DNA of 64,000 nucleotides from Mizuhopecten yessoensis (lineage: Eukaryota), in assembly GCF_002113885.1 (NCBI RefSeq), contig NW_018405822.1:87176-151175 (forward strand). The letters are read 5' to 3'. Position 1 is the stretch's first letter; every line of letters begins with the position of its first letter. Below, in pieces: positions 62,051-64,000 of this stretch. The notes under the pieces were generated by a model that ran no database searches, was not told the origin of the DNA, and saw only the letters and a list, made by a program, of their open reading frames with translations. The position numbers and the translations under genes were made by a program.

Positions 62051-64000
62051 AACGAAGGAATGATCACTATACACTACCGGAATATAGTAACTGGACTGCT
62101 GCCTATTCTGATGTCATTGACCTCGATCCCCTAGAACCTTTTCGAAACGTTTCATTTCACGTGAAAACCAGAAGAAGTGCAGGAGACGTCATTGGAAATA
62201 TATTGCAAATCATTATAATATCGCAAACCCTTGTTACAATGCACAGCGATGCTTGAGTGGCCAAGCAGACTATTGGTCAAACCTAATGTTTGACTGTAGT
62301 CTAGTCATAACAGTGTATAGTTTATTTCTATGTACGACTTACAGGTCGGACAAGTGGTATCTCTTTTAATGTGTCCTTTGTTGGTGGACGACATGCAATC
62401 GGAATTGTAATTACTCTCACTACCAGTTACTTAATTTGTTTTTATTATGTACATGTACGCAGATGATACAGCATTTTGTAGTTGACCTCCAAAATATGTT
62501 AGATGTTTTAGAAATATTATTCTCCATATAAAAGGTAGGTTTAGTTTACGATAGTTAATGTACTGTCGTGCAGAGTGACATGTCTGAGAGGAGAGCTTAG
62601 TGTCTTCTCTATAGGAAAGCTCAAAGATTGCTGTTGAATGAACATTTTGCATTACGGGATTTCAACTGTAAAATGAAGGGCTTTGGTCTTGCACCACGAG
62701 TTGAAAACATACTTTTGTTAGTTTTGAAATCCTTACAGCGTAGGATTGCTGTTTTAAGTACAGGTTGTGGGGATTGGAGACCACTAGCCGTATTTTTATG
62801 GCGGGCTTTCGAGGGTTTTCGAGGGTTTTCGATGCTTTGCAATAGGAAACCAAATAGTTTAAAAAATGAATACATCATTTGCGACATGATTTGTGTACGG
62901 TGTTTTCGGAGATGTATGGTTGGCGCAGTAAGCAACAAAAGATATATGTGTTGTTGTTTATACAAAAATTAATCATCGTATACAGGATGCTTTTATTTAG
63001 GAAATGAGAAACATTTGAGACCTGTTCTAAATGTATGTTGTACAATGTTGACCGTTATGATTTATGATGATAATTTACAAATCCTTTATTTAGACAATAT
63101 AACTGGTAAAGTATAGATAGTTTTGATTTAGAGACTGGTAGATACAATGTATTTCCTAAAAACCAGATATTGTATGCCCCTGTGTATGTCGTGGATGATA
63201 AGCTCTGTTCCTTTTCGTCTTGAGTTTAAAGAATTAATAGTATCTCAAATTAAGCAATAGTTCATATTCGTCCTTCTGTGTTTAAATTAATACACTAACC
63301 TTCTATAAAAAAAAATGAAAATAAAATAAATAGCAAACTCTTGATTCAAGCAACTGTTAAAAGGAACTTTCAACTATGGATTGATGGAATAAGTTAGCAG
63401 ACACTTTAGGAAAATGTCGTGATACTGTAGAATGCGAATCGTGGCCTATGTCTTTTTTTACTACATTGTATAATCTCAGGTTCACTATGTACTTTGGTAA
63501 CCGTCCGACTCACATTTTGAGACTATGTGATTGTATCTATTTGTTTTAAATTTGAGGCGTATTTGTACATTTACTTTTTGGTAGAATCCGCTAAGATATC
63601 CCTCGGAGAAGCTGTGCTTTACCCACTGGATTATATCATTTTGTAAAATGTTACCAATAAAACCTTTGTAAACCTAAATGCAATGCGAACTAAATTGAAA
63701 ATGACTTTATAGTTGCACAGTTGTTGACGAAAATGGTTAAAGCAAAGTAAAACAACAGTTCTAGTTATGTAAATAAGATGACGATATACTCAAAGAGGCC
63801 AGTTTATCACATCAATCATACCTAAATAATGCTTACAAACGAACTATGTATCAACAAATTATCCCCTCGACAACACAGAATATATTACGTACCTAAACGT
63901 ACCTAAACCCTATCCTCCTCGGGGACTATTTGTGACATTACCCTGTTATACCCTGTCATACAAGAAACATCAACGAAAATACCCCTCAATTCGTAGGTGA

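Noticed and set aside
61657-62067. 136-aa ORF with FLDTVHSLKGRGENRS repeats
   Set aside because: Translation of the 48-bp minisatellite
62035-62256. Peptide FRNVSFHVKTRRSAGDVIGNILQIII faintly resembling the pre-M1 region of Cys-loop receptors
   Set aside because: No Cys-loop, no convincing splice sites, early stop; similarity too weak to support

Overview
AT-rich eukaryotic genomic DNA with assembly N-gaps; the repeat families suggest an invertebrate, probably a bivalve mollusc (inference). Two intron-containing genes lie head-to-head, 766 bp apart. On the minus strand is a 16-exon BRD10/KIAA2026 orthologue (CDS 33732->7945, 8781 nt, ~2926 aa; all exons joined by hand with GT-AG junctions in consistent phase). 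It has an N-terminal bromodomain, a CECR2/RSF1-like DDT-WHIM1-WHIM2-WHIM3 module, two tandem HCF-1-binding-type motifs and a ~1640-aa low-complexity terminal exon. On the plus strand is a 4-exon p24-gamma/TMED5-like gene (34499->46016, 226 aa). Introns and intergenic DNA are full of decayed mobile elements: CR1/L2-type and RTE LINE fragments, Helentron-associated (HINE/DINE-like) elements nested in a LINE, hAT, Tc1 and AcademH-like DNA elements, a tRNA-type SINE, and Penelope-like retroelement remnants carrying minimal hammerhead ribozyme motifs in inverted (fold-back) arrangements. There are also more than ten distinct minisatellite arrays. I found no wholly new biological system. The best leads are the ISWI-accessory/HCF-binding architecture of the poorly characterised BRD10 protein and the Penelope hammerhead ribozyme cassettes.
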